Below, in pieces: positions 52,505-62,686 of a stretch of DNA of 64,000 nt (positions are counted from its first letter, which is position 1; the number at the start of each line of letters is the position of its first letter). Under the pieces are notes generated by a model. That model saw only the letters and a list, made by a program, of their open reading frames with translations, searched no databases and was not told the DNA's origin. A program made the translations under genes and the position numbers. The stretch is taken from contig OX597815.1 of assembly GCA_951406725.2 (NCBI GenBank), positions 21,452,001-21,516,000 on the forward strand, written 5' to 3'. The stretch is from Octopus vulgaris. Taxonomy: Eukaryota.

Positions 52505-54722
52505 CATCATCATCATCATCATCGTTTAACGTCCGTTTTCCTCGCTAGCACGGGTTGGACGGTTTGACCGGGGTCTGGGAAGCCAGGGGCCGCTCCAGGC
52601 TCCAGTCTGATTTGGCAGAGTTTCTACGGCTGGATGCCCTTCCTAACGCCAACCACTCCGTGAGTGGATTGGGTGCTTTTACGTGCCACCTGCACAGGGG
52701 CCGGGGGGTCCGGCATTGGTCGCGATCGGTTCGAGCTTTTAACGTGCCAGCAGCACGGGGGCAACTGGGTCCGGGGTACTTTGGGGATCCGGGGTACTTT
52801 GAATGGGTAGGGGGTATGTGGAATTGCTGCAGAAAGCAGCCCGGGTCTTTGCAGTCACAGCATATCTCCAGAGATCTCGGTCTTTCGCCATTGCCTCAGT
52901 GAGGCCCAATGCTCTGAGGTCATGCTTGACTACCTCATCCCATGTCTTCCTGGGTCTACCTCTCCCCCTGATACCTTCAACTGTTTGGGAGTGGCACTTC
53001 TTCACACATCTCTCTTCATCCATCCGCAGCACATGACCATACCATCGCAAGCGTCGCTCTTGCACACCACATCTGATGCGTCTTATATCCAGCATTTCTC
53101 TTAGGATGCTTACACTCTGTCTTGCGTGCACACTGACACTACACATCCAGCGGATCATGCTAGCTTCATTTCTTTCAAGTCTACACATGTCCTCTGCAGT
53201 CACTGCCCATGTTTCATTACCGTGAAGCATGGCAGTTCGCACACATGCATCATACAATCTACCTTTCGCTCTGAGGGAGAGACCTTTTGTTGCCAGTAGG
53301 GGTAGGAGCTTTCTGAACTTTGCCCAGGCTATTCGTATTCTAGTGGTGATACTCTCTGTGCATCCACCTCCGCTACTAACTTGGTCACCCAGGTAGCGGA
53401 AACTATCAACTACTTCTAGTTTCTCTCCCTGGAGTGTGATGGAATCTGTTTTCTGAGTGTCTGTTGTGTCTATTGTCCCTGTGCATCTGCCGCACATGAA
53501 AGCTATCTTATCTGTTAATTTCCCTTTAATGTTGCTGCATCTCTTATGTGTCCATAACTTACATTGGGTGCATCTTATGGAGTTTCTACCTGTACCTTTC
53601 CTACAGATTGAGCAGGGCCACCTACCCGAGGGTGTGTGTGCTGAGTACCTCTTGCTGCTTACTAATACTTTGGTCTTTGCTACATTTATTCTAAGGCCTT
53701 TTGATTCCAACCCTTGCTTCCACACCCGAAATTTCTCTTCTAGTTCCGGTAGTGATTCTGCTATGAGAGCTAGGTCATCGGCATAGAGGAGCTCCCAGGG
53801 GCATCCCGTTTTGAATTCCTCTGTTATTGCCTGAAGGACTATGATGAATAAAAGGGGACTGAGGGCTGAGCCCTGGTGCACACCTACTTCTACCCGGAAT
53901 TCTTCACTATATTCGTTGCCAATCCTAACCTTGCTGACAGCCTCTCTGTATAGAGCCTGTACAGCCCTTATTAGCCATTCTTCAATCTCCAGTTTCCGCA
54001 TCGACCACCAGATGAGGGAACGGGGAACCCAGTCAAAGGCTTTCTCCAAGTCTACAAAAGCTATGTAGAGGGGTTTATCTTTAGCTAGGTACTTCTCCTG
54101 CAGTTGTCGGACCAGGAATATAGCATCAGTGGTGCTTCTACCTGGTACAAAACCGAACTGCATTTCATCTAAACAAATTCTCTCCCTAATGAGATGGGTT
54201 ATGACCTTCTCTGAGACCTTCATCACCTGGTCCAACAGTTTGATACCTCTGTAGTTATTTCTATCTAGAGCATCACCCTTACCCTTGTAGCAGTTGACTA
54301 TGGTGCTGCTGCACCAGTCATTGGGTATGACTCCATTGTGAACTACCTGGTTTACAATGCGGGTGACTATGGTATAGCCCACATAGCCAGCTGTTTTAAG
54401 CATCTCAGCAGTGATTCCTGATAGGCCAGGGGCTTTGCCTGGTTTCATATCCTTAATTGCCTTATCTACAAGGGAGCTGTCTATTCGGGTAGCTGGTCCC
54501 TCTACTGGGTCAACATTTGGTAGGCTCTCCTCCTCCCATTCATTCTCCTCATTCAGCAGTCTTTCATAATGGCTTCTCCAAGCCTCTTTCTTTTCACTAG
54601 CAGTAAATGCAAGTGCCCCATCATCCATGCGGACACATTTCTCTCCTATAACATCACTATTTTCTCTGACACACTGTCTGGCAATCCGAAATACTTCAGC
54701 TCTTTGATCCTCGCGTCGCTGG
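52505..54722 (-). mobile_element. Young 5'-truncated RTE-clade LINE (RT region, 3' UTR, (ATG)n tail)
   Basis: Uninterrupted RT frame. 3' UTR ends in (cat)n on the + strand at about 52505-52522. Similarity to the older copy near 41.4 kb (REDQR.EVF...RQCVREN) stops at about 54722, so the endonuclease domain is absent. Confidence 0.95.
52739..54628 (-). CDS. RTE-type reverse transcriptase (629 aa, no endonuclease) with inserted C4HC3 PHD-like finger
   Basis: Motifs KAPG, NYRGIKLL, QFGF, FVDLEKAFD, GVHQGSALSPLLF, YADD (53774-53785), FRYLG, RLRWYGHV, GRGRPRKTW. CSIC-CTQC-HKRC-CGRC at 53483-53614. Confidence 0.95.
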   Translation of the reverse strand: MDDGALAFTASEKKEAWRSHYERLLNEENEWEEESLPNVDPVEGPATRIDSSLVDKAIKDMKPGKAPGLSGITAEMLKTAGYVGYTIVTRIVNQVVHNGVIPNDWCSSTIVNCYKGKGDALDRNNYRGIKLLDQVMKVSEKVITHLIRERICLDEMQFGFVPGRSTTDAIFLVRQLQEKYLAKDKPLYIAFVDLEKAFDWVPRSLIWWSMRKLEIEEWLIRAVQALYREAVSKVRIGNEYSEEFRVEVGVHQGSALSPLLFIIVLQAITEEFKTGCPWELLYADDLALIAESLPELEEKFRVWKQGLESKGLRINVAKTKVLVSSKRYSAHTPSGRWPCSICRKGTGRNSIRCTQCKLWTHKRCSNIKGKLTDKIAFMCGRCTGTIDTTDTQKTDSITLQGEKLEVVDSFRYLGDQVSSGGGCTESITTRIRIAWAKFRKLLPLLATKGLSLRAKGRLYDACVRTAMLHGNETWAVTAEDMCRLERNEASMIRWMCSVSVHARQSVSILREMLDIRRIRCGVQERRLRWYGHVLRMDEERCVKKCHSQTVEGIRGRGRPRKTWDEVVKHDLRALGLTEAMAKDRDLWRYAVTAKTRAAFCSNSTYPLPIQSTPDPQSTPDPVAPVLLAR

Positions 54723-55062
54723 AGATAGTAGAGGGGGTGCGGTCAATATAGGGGAGCACCAGTGGGGAAGGTTGGGGTAGGAGGAACGATGGCAGGAAGG
54801 GTTGGTGTAGGTTCGTAAGAAATAAAAAACGTAGGATATTACGGAGGGGACTGGAAGGAGATATTCGGATTGAGGCAGTGTCAGGAGGAAGCATAAGATC
54901 AGTGGGCAGTTGATGAGCTGTGGCGCTAGCAGCTTGTCTTTTCACAGTGAAAGCATATGAGAAGGGGTAGGAAGGGGGGAGGAGGAGGGAGTAGAGCGTA
55001 TACGGTGTAGATGGTGAGAACAGTGTTCACCGGTATTGGTGGTGGGGGTGGGGGGCGGGCGC

Positions 55063-55997
55063 ACCGTCGATGGCGGAAAGATGGGATTAAGGCTTGGAGG
55101 TAGCCTAAAAAAGGTTATATTTCGTAGAGAGAGAGATAGGAAAGCCAAAATCGAGTTATGGCGGAAAGACGGGGTTAATACTTAAAGGTAGCCTAAAAGG
55201 TTATATTTTGTAGAGAGAGAGAGATAGGAAAGCCAAAATTGAGTTATGGCGGAAAGACGGGGTTAATACTTAAGGTAGCCTAAAAGGTTATATTTCGTAG
55301 AGAGAGAGAGATAGGAAAGCCAAAATCGAGTTATGGCGGAAAGACGGGGTTAATACTTAAAGGTAGCCTAAAAGGTTATATTTCATAGTGAGAGAGATAG
55401 GAAAGACAAATCGTTATTTCAACTTGAGACATTTAACAGAGGCAACGTATGAATAAATGTTGTAACAGCGAATGAATGTATGCCGTGCTATGTATGGGAG
55501 AATAAAAATAATAATAAGATAAATTTTTAAAAACTTGCTGTGGGTATCGACCGGAAGTTGAGTTGAAGGAAAAAGGAAGTTGAATTGGGAACTGTAAATT
55601 GTAATGGCGATTTTCAAGTTTGAGCAGAAGTAGAGGAGGAAAGACCGTCGATGGCGGAAAGATGGGATTAAGGCTTGGAGGTAGCCTAAAAAAGGTTATA
55701 TTTCGTAGAGAGAGAGATAGGAAAGCCAAAATCGAGTTATGGCGGAAAGACGGGGTTAATACTTAAAGGTAGCCTAAAAGGTTATATTTCGTAGAGAGAG
55801 AGAGATAGGAAAGCCAAAATCGAGTTATGGCGGAAAGACGGGGTTAATACTTAAAGGTAGCCTAAAAGGTTATATTTCGTAGTGAGAGAGATAGGAAAGA
55901 CAAATCGTTATTTCAACTTGAGACATTTAACAGAGGCAACGTATGAATAAATGTTGTAACAGCGAATGAATGTATGCCGTGCTATGTATGGGAGAAT
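55063..55997. repeat. Higher-order repeat of ~87-bp monomers: 4 monomers plus tail (55063-55503), spacer, 3 monomers plus the same tail (55644-55997)
   Basis: The monomer atggcggaaagacggggttaatacttaaaggtagcctaaaaggttatatttcgt(ag)nataggaaagccaaaatcgagtt recurs. Both blocks start accgtcgatggcgg and end gctatgtatgggagaat. Confidence 0.95.
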
Positions 55998-56522
55998 GTA
56001 CATATCATTTAAGTGGTTGTACCAATTACAAATGGAATGTTCTGTTAATCTAAAGGGAGTTTCAATTAATATTTAGTTTAAATAATTTAGTTTAGCACAG
56101 TCCCTATCAAATAAGATGATTGATTTTTTTTTTCAAAAATTCATTCAATTAAAAAATAGTTTTACCAAAAATTTCTTAAAGTTTGTTCAAAGGTTATCTA
56201 AAGCATAGAAAAAGATAAGTTTTCAAAAATTCTTTTTAAGCTAATTTTGATTTATTTACAAGTCTTAAAGAAAATCCCTTTTATAATAAATTCAGTTGAA
56301 ATTTTGTTTAAAATTTCAACTTTTAATTTTAAATATCTTTCTGGGTTGAGCTATTTCTCTCTGAAAATACTGACTTATTGTAGCAAGCCAGTATTTTCAG
56401 TTTCCTTCATTGTTCAAAAGGGAGTATGATAAGTCTTTGAGTGTTACAAAAATACATTATATATGTATTTTTTATATAAAACCATTTAAAACTTGAATGC
56501 ATCTTATAACATAATTTTTCAG

Positions 56523-56647
56523 GAGAAAGATCATTGGAAGAAATTTGATGTTACGTGGGATTTTTACAATCGTCATTTGTTTCACTCTATTGTGTATACA
56601 AATCCATCTATTCAAGACAATTGGCCAGCAGTACTGAAACAACTGAA
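56523..56647 (+). CDS. FAM193A: FAM193A-like exon: EKDHWKKFDVTWDFYNRHLFHSIVYTNPSIQDNWPAVLKQL
   Basis: tttttcag acceptor, AA|gtaagt donor. Similar to FAM193A ENEHLKKFQVTWELHNKHLFENLVF. Phase 0 to 2. Confidence 0.92.
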
Positions 56648-58183
56648 GTAAGTATTTTAACGAAGCATCTATTACTTATTTTCTCTTGGATTCTGTATAG
56701 CACGTGTTAATCATTTTTCATTTGTCTATTTTTCCATGCTGGTATGGATTGGACAGGAACTTAAGGCAGTATTTTACTACTGTATATGTTTTTCCTGATG
56801 CCAACCCATTCTGTTTTTTTACATTCTGCTGGTCTTTGAAAATACACAACTACAGAATGTATCTTTTTTTGCTGGAGATGTGGGGTTGACATTTTGCTCA
56901 GATGGTGTCCTACAAAAATATGGAATGTAAACATTTATGTATGCAAACCCATTCTCAAATGTGTGCGCGCATACACACACACACACACACTGCAAGCTTC
57001 CATTATAGTTTCTGCCTACTAGTCCCACTCTCAGGACATTTGCTTGACCCGAGGTTATTTAGTAGAAGACAACTGCCCCAGGTGCCATGTAGGGAGACAG
57101 AACCTGAAACACATAGTTGCAGGCATGGATGTGCAATTACAAAGTTTGCTTCACAACTGCATCGTTTTGGGTTCTCTTTCACTGTGTAGCATCTTCAACA
57201 TGTCTTCTACATTAGTTTCAGGCTGACCAATGCCTTGTAAATGAAATTTTGTAGATGTAAATGATATGGATGCCTGTCATGTTTCTGTACAACTATTTGT
57301 TCTGTGTGTCTTTAAATTGACTTCACTTAGCTATAGCATGTTTGTTACAGCTCCCTTAATACATCCAGTAGTTTTGTGGTTTTGATGTGTAAGACCAGTG
57401 GAATAAAAAACAGCTTACTTGTAAAATTAGTAAGAGTTGATGACAGGAAGGACATCCAACCTTAGAATACTGCTTCAAGAAGTCTTGTCCAATACATGCC
57501 ATGTGAAAAATGGACTTACAAACAATAGTGGCATGTGTATATAGTTGTTTGTTTGTTTAGTTCAGCATTTAATTTCTATGCTAGTGTTCTTGGTTTTGGT
57601 TGGGAGCTACTGCAACCCCCTCAGTCAAAGGGGATATAGTTTTACAAGCTGCATGGCAACTTCACTTGTGCTAATGTTGGGGAAAAAAAGTACCCAGTAT
57701 ACTTTGTAAAGTGGTTGGCATTTGGAAAGGTATCTAGCCATAGAAACCATGCCAAAGCAGACATTGGAACATGCAGTCCTTGGACCTGTCAAACTGTCTG
57801 ACTCTTGACAGCATGGAACATGAATGATTTTCCTGTTTTCCAGGTAAGGGTATTTCATATTACGAAGGTCTTCAAAACGCAGTGACTGGTTGTAATTACA
57901 ATAAGTAATGTTTATATCATCACCACTGTGTCAAACGAGATATCAACATTTATGCACATTTGTCTGCACGTGTGCACGAACACACACATACACACACACA
58001 CACACAGAGGATAGGTATTAGCAATTTCCATCTTCCAAATTCACTCACAATACATTGCTTGGCTTCGGGCAATAGTAAGTGCTATAGGACTGAACTCAAA
58101 ATTACATAATTGGAAGTGAACTTCTAAGCCATTCAACCTTGCCTGTTCCTTAGGATAATTAAATACACACACATGCATGCATT

Positions 58184-58218
<35 letters not shown>

Positions 58219-58367
58219 GAATATTTAAGTAGGTGAATGAATTATCCTAGTATGGATAATTCGGTTAATCGATACCTGAGTAGCAAATTCACGTCAGTAA
58301 AACACGGTTGAAGTTACATGCCAAGGTCAGAACTTCGTGTTTGTGTGTGGAAATTTGTGTGTTTCTT

Positions 58368-58639
58368 TATATGAATAAATGAAAAGAATGGAGTCGAACG
58401 AAAATTTTAACCAAATTCCTTTACTTTCGATATGATTTCCATCATGTAGGCAGTTATTAAGAAGCTTTTGTCCGTTTTGAGGCTGACAGAGGTTCCTTGT
58501 ATTTCCTGATGAGAAGACGGCATAATGCAACCTTCATTCCTTCAGAATTAAGAGTATGCAGTCTTCAAAACATATGTCGAAAGTAAAGGAATTTGGTTAA
58601 AATTTTCGTTCGACTCCATTCTTTTCATTTATTCATATA
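58368..58639. mobile_element. ~270-bp element with perfect ~63-bp inverted arms enclosing a hammerhead (Penelope-like or retrozyme-like remnant, or MITE)
   Basis: 58368-58430 is the reverse complement of 58577-58639; TA-rich flanks. Confidence 0.8.
58493..58591 (+). ncRNA. Degenerate type I hammerhead ribozyme
   Basis: Stem I ttcctt-gta-tttc / gaaa-gta-aaggaa; CTGATGA at 58506-58512; stem II gaagacggcata / tatgcagtcttc; core AAAAC instead of GAAAC; palindromic ATAT loop; GTC cleavage triplet at 58576-58578. Confidence 0.8.
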
Positions 58640-59286
58640 TATATATATATAATCAATTTCATTTAACCTCCATTGGCCATACTGGCATGGGTAGGAGGGT
58701 TTGACCAGGGCTGGTTACCTGGAAGGCTGCACCAAACTCTAGTCTGATTTGGCATAGTTTTCTATGGCTGGATGCCCTTCCTAATGCCAACCACTCTGAG
58801 AGTGTAATGGGTGCTTTTATGTGCCAGGCATGACTATGTAGATATAGAAATTGCTTTGTTATCATATGGTTATATGTTCTGCCTCACTGAGATCCCTTGG
58901 GTACGTGTCTTCAGCTACAGCCTTAGTCTGACTAATGCCTTGTGAGTGGAACTGTTAAATAGAAACTATATAGTAATGTATTGCATGTTATATGTGCACT
59001 TGAATGTGTATCTGCTTTGTTGTCACTGCTTCTTCATAAGTCACCACTTGAGCAAAAAATTATGCCATGTTTACATACTCGGTGGATAATGTGTCATATC
59101 ACTTTGGTTTTTCAAGAACCAGTGGAATAAAGAAAAATTTCTTACTTGAACAACAAGTGAGCTTTGATGAGAAAGGACAGCTGGCTCTGAAATTCTGTCT
59201 CAAATCTTTGTCCAATCTGCGACAGCTTGGATAAACAGGCATAAAACAAATGAATGATTGAAAGCATAAGCTGAATTATGACTTAA

Positions 59287-60320
59287 CCCTTTCGTTACCA
59301 AACCGCCCAAAGCCACCCGAATTTACCTATTCATATTTAAATGAGAATATCAGAGCAAATCTCTTTAGTACATTCGTGAAAACACGTGATTATGCTTCGT
59401 AAACACGTGATTATGCACGTAAAATCGACGTGTAATTTTAATTCCCTGAATTTTGGGAGATTTTTCTCCACATTTTTTTCGGCATCGATTTTTCTTCAAC
59501 TTTGAAAATGGATAGGAGTTTCATGTTATCAAGCATTGATTCCAAATTGGAAAATTTGTGAAACAAATACTGGGTACTGTTGTGGATTTAGTTTTTATAC
59601 AGGGAAACTAATGTTAGTCAGCATGGCTTAGGGTATGATGTGGTCTGGAAGTTATTGTTTGAAGCGATCAATGCGGAAACAAACTTACACAGAATGTAAA
59701 CAAACACAAAATGGAGGTTCAAATTTCGGAAAATTTGTGAAGCAAATACTGGGTACTGCGTGGATTTAGTTTTTATACAGGGAAAATAATGTTAGTCAGC
59801 ATGGCCTAGGGAACGATGTGGTCTGGAATTTATCACTTCCATACCATAACCAGGGCCGTATATTATTTTTTGACCGATTTCTTTAGTTCGGTCAAACTTA
59901 CGGTGGATTCCAGTATTTCACTTTATTCCACCTTTATGGTACACCTGTTGTGCATTAAATTCAACTGATGATATAGTGATGTGCACAATTCTTCTTTATC
60001 AAAATTTTGTTGCATACCCATTTGAATATTAGCTAATGATTCATTTTCTATGGTGATGTTTAACCAAAATTTTAATAATTTTACCTTTTGCTCAATTTAC
60101 CTGGATTTACCTGTAATTAAAGTCACTTTGAGACAAAAGTTATGCAATAGAATTGATTAAGAACCCTTTCTTTAATTATGTTCCAAATATCACATTAATA
60201 TGTTGATAAGTAAAAAAGTTACAGTTATTTAATGAAACAAGCCTAGATTCATGATTATTTTAGAATTTAATTGAAACTCATGAGGGGTGTATTTTGGTCA
60301 GAAATATAGTAACGAAAGGG
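59287..60320 (+). mobile_element. Internally deleted piggyBac-type element
   Basis: TTAA on both sides, TIR ccctttcgttac / gtaacgaaaggg. A duplicated internal segment decodes approximately to KICEANTGY...YTGK...HGLGYDVVW, typical of piggyBac transposases. Confidence 0.9.
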
Positions 60321-60646
60321 TTAATTCATGAAATGAAGTAATTAATACGGAACTTATAATTAAACGCTAATCTAAATCATGGTTTTCCACGATGATTGGA
60401 AACTTTGTTTATTGCTCTACGTTTCTTTGATTTAGTGTCATTTGTCTTTCCTTATAGTAAATTAGACTCCTGTTCAGAAAGTTTTTAAAAAATCGCTTTT
60501 GCTACTTTTTTTCCTCAAATAATTAAAATGTAAGTTCTTTAGGCTGGTAACTTTACGCAGTCTTTATAAATAAAAGTATGGGGATATAAGTGAATTATTT
60601 GTTTGGTATATTTTGAAATTTAAGCTCAATACACTTTCTTTTATAG

Positions 60647-60791
60647 TTCAACTGCAACAACTGATGCAAATGGTGTTGAATCCTATCCTAGTCTATCTGA
60701 CCGTAGCAGTAAATTTGGAGAGGATATGGAGAAAGTATCACTCATGTGGAAGTGTCGGCAAAAGCTTATTGCATCATACAATGATGAACAG
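60647..60791 (+). CDS. FAM193A: FAM193A-like exon: STATTDANGVESYPSLSDRSSKFGEDMEKVSLMWKCRQKLIASYNDEQ
   Basis: ttcttttatag acceptor, CAG|gtaagt donor. Similar to FAM193A WLECQKRIDAYVDEQ. Phase 2 to 0. Confidence 0.9.
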
Positions 60792-60937
60792 GTAAGTGTT
60801 CTTTTTAGCTTGCTGCAATTGCACAGGTTTATTAAACTGAACTTTACTTTCTTTGCTATTTACTTGACTTGGTATTTACAAATAGTAATTCTTTGTATAT
60901 AAAAAAAAAAAATTAGAAATATTAAATTTCTAAATAT

Positions 60938-61141
60938 CTATTTAGCCCTAGGAAGCATCGATGCTTCCTGTTGGCTTTGACACATTTTCTGTGTACTTAT
61001 GTTTACGAAGGGGAGACAAGCACCCCAACCCCCAACAGCAGGCCTAGCTGTTGAGGGGCTTGTCTCTCCTTCGTAAACATAAAGACACAGGAAATGTGTC
61101 AAAGCCGACAGGAAGCGTTGATGCTTCCTAGGGCTAAATAG
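60938..61141. repeat. ~200-bp near-perfect palindrome (foldback or hairpin element)
   Basis: ctatttagccctaggaagc...gcttcctagggctaaatag; arms pair almost to the centre (caacagc-aggccta-gctgttg). Confidence 0.95.
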
Positions 61142-62576
61142 CGGTGGTGTGTGATTCCCTTTACAGAACTGTAACGTTAAGTTGACAGTATACAAAAAAT
61201 AAAAAAATAAAAGGTTACAGTTATCTGTAAATAGTAAAAATTATTAGTCTTCAACTGAAATATTTATTTCCTTTGATTTAACATTAAGCAGATGTAATGT
61301 TTCTTTGTAATTTAAATGGTTAGTTTAGAAATTTAAATAAGCAGTTAAAAAAAATATATGATCAGATGTCCAGCATAATTATATGCTACTGCATGTTCTT
61401 TTTTTTGTAAAGCCTAGTTTTCATCATCATTGTCGTTTAACGTCCACTTTCCATGCTGGCATGGGTTGGACGGTTTGACTGAGGGCTGGCAAGTCAGAAG
61501 GCTGTACCAGGCTCCAATCTGATCTGGCAGAGTTTCTACAGCTGGATGCCCTTCCTAACATCAACCACTCTGAGAGTGTAGTGGGTGCTTTTTATGTGCC
61601 ACCAGTACAAGGGCCAGTCAGGCGGTACTGACAATGACCACGTTCAAATGGTGCTTTTTACGTACCACTGGCATGAGACCAGTCAGCCGAATGGTGTTAC
61701 TTTATGTGCCACCAGCACAGGTGCCAGTCAGGCAGTACTGTCATCAAACATGACAATGATTTCACTTGCCTCAGCAGGTTTTTGCAAGCGCAGTTTATTG
61801 TCCAATGGGCTGGTTATGCTGGTCATTGAAGTTAACATTTTGCTATGTCAAAGTTATGTTTGTATACATTGACAATAGCATTCAATTAAATTGATTAACT
61901 ATTTGATGTTTATACTAAATATAATTTCTGTTTGTAAAATTTTGCTGTCAACAAATATTTATTTTAGTTACTCCTAACAATACATTTTGAAAAGAATTAT
62001 GCCACCCTTTATACAGTAGTCAGCATTAGGAAAGCTATCTCTTTTCCAAAAGTATTTTCCAAAACAAAGAGAATATTTGCTGATCAATACATAAGTGTAT
62101 ACTCAAATATCCTATCCATTTAATACAAAGCTTGTAAAAACGACGAAAATTTAGGGGATTGATTTACTCGAGCACAATCTATCTCTTCAATGTGTGATCA
62201 GAGGACTGTATTTCACTAATCTAGATTAAGTTTTAATAGTGGAAATATATTATTCCTAAAACAAAAATGAACTGACTTTTCTGGAGACAGAGCCCATATT
62301 TTGGAATCTCTCTAATGCTATTCTGGTTTTTTGTAATGAACACACAAAATATTTCTAATGAGGTGAATAATATTTTACCTATTTTTAAACTTATTTTATA
62401 ACAGTATTCTTGGAACACATTTTTAATTAGCAGTGTTATTTTTTTAAATTTCCAGAACAATAATTCTTGAAAAAGCAATTTTCTTATCATTTTTCCTCAC
62501 ATTTTGTGTCTAATTGATATAACATAAACTTGAAAATCCTTTTTCTGTTTCAATTACTATGCAATTTTTTTTCTAG

Positions 62577-62686
62577 CAGTCACTGAAAATGAGGCATAAA
62601 ATACTTGCTGAAGATTGGGAATTTTTCAAGAAACAAAGGAAATTACTTGAAAAGAGTGTGTCTGAAAATGCTGATAGTTCTGGGAG
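62577..62686 (+). CDS. FAM193A: FAM193A-like exon: QSLKMRHKILAEDWEFFKKQRKLLEKSVSENADSSG
   Basis: T-tract with tandem tag/cag acceptor. Similar to FAM193A KQRMLTEDWELFKQRR. The AG|gtttgt donor (phase 2) was chosen to fit the next exon; an alternative gtatgt donor lies 4 nt downstream. Confidence 0.88.

Noticed and set aside
52803-54068. Plus-strand ORFs overlapping the LINE
   Set aside because: Antisense shadows of the RT frame.
55063-55997. CRISPR-like appearance of the repeat array
   Set aside because: Units are contiguous tandem monomers with no unique spacers, no cas genes, and the context is eukaryotic.
60613-60795. 60-aa ORF from the supplied track
   Set aside because: Wrong frame over the true exon 60647-60791.
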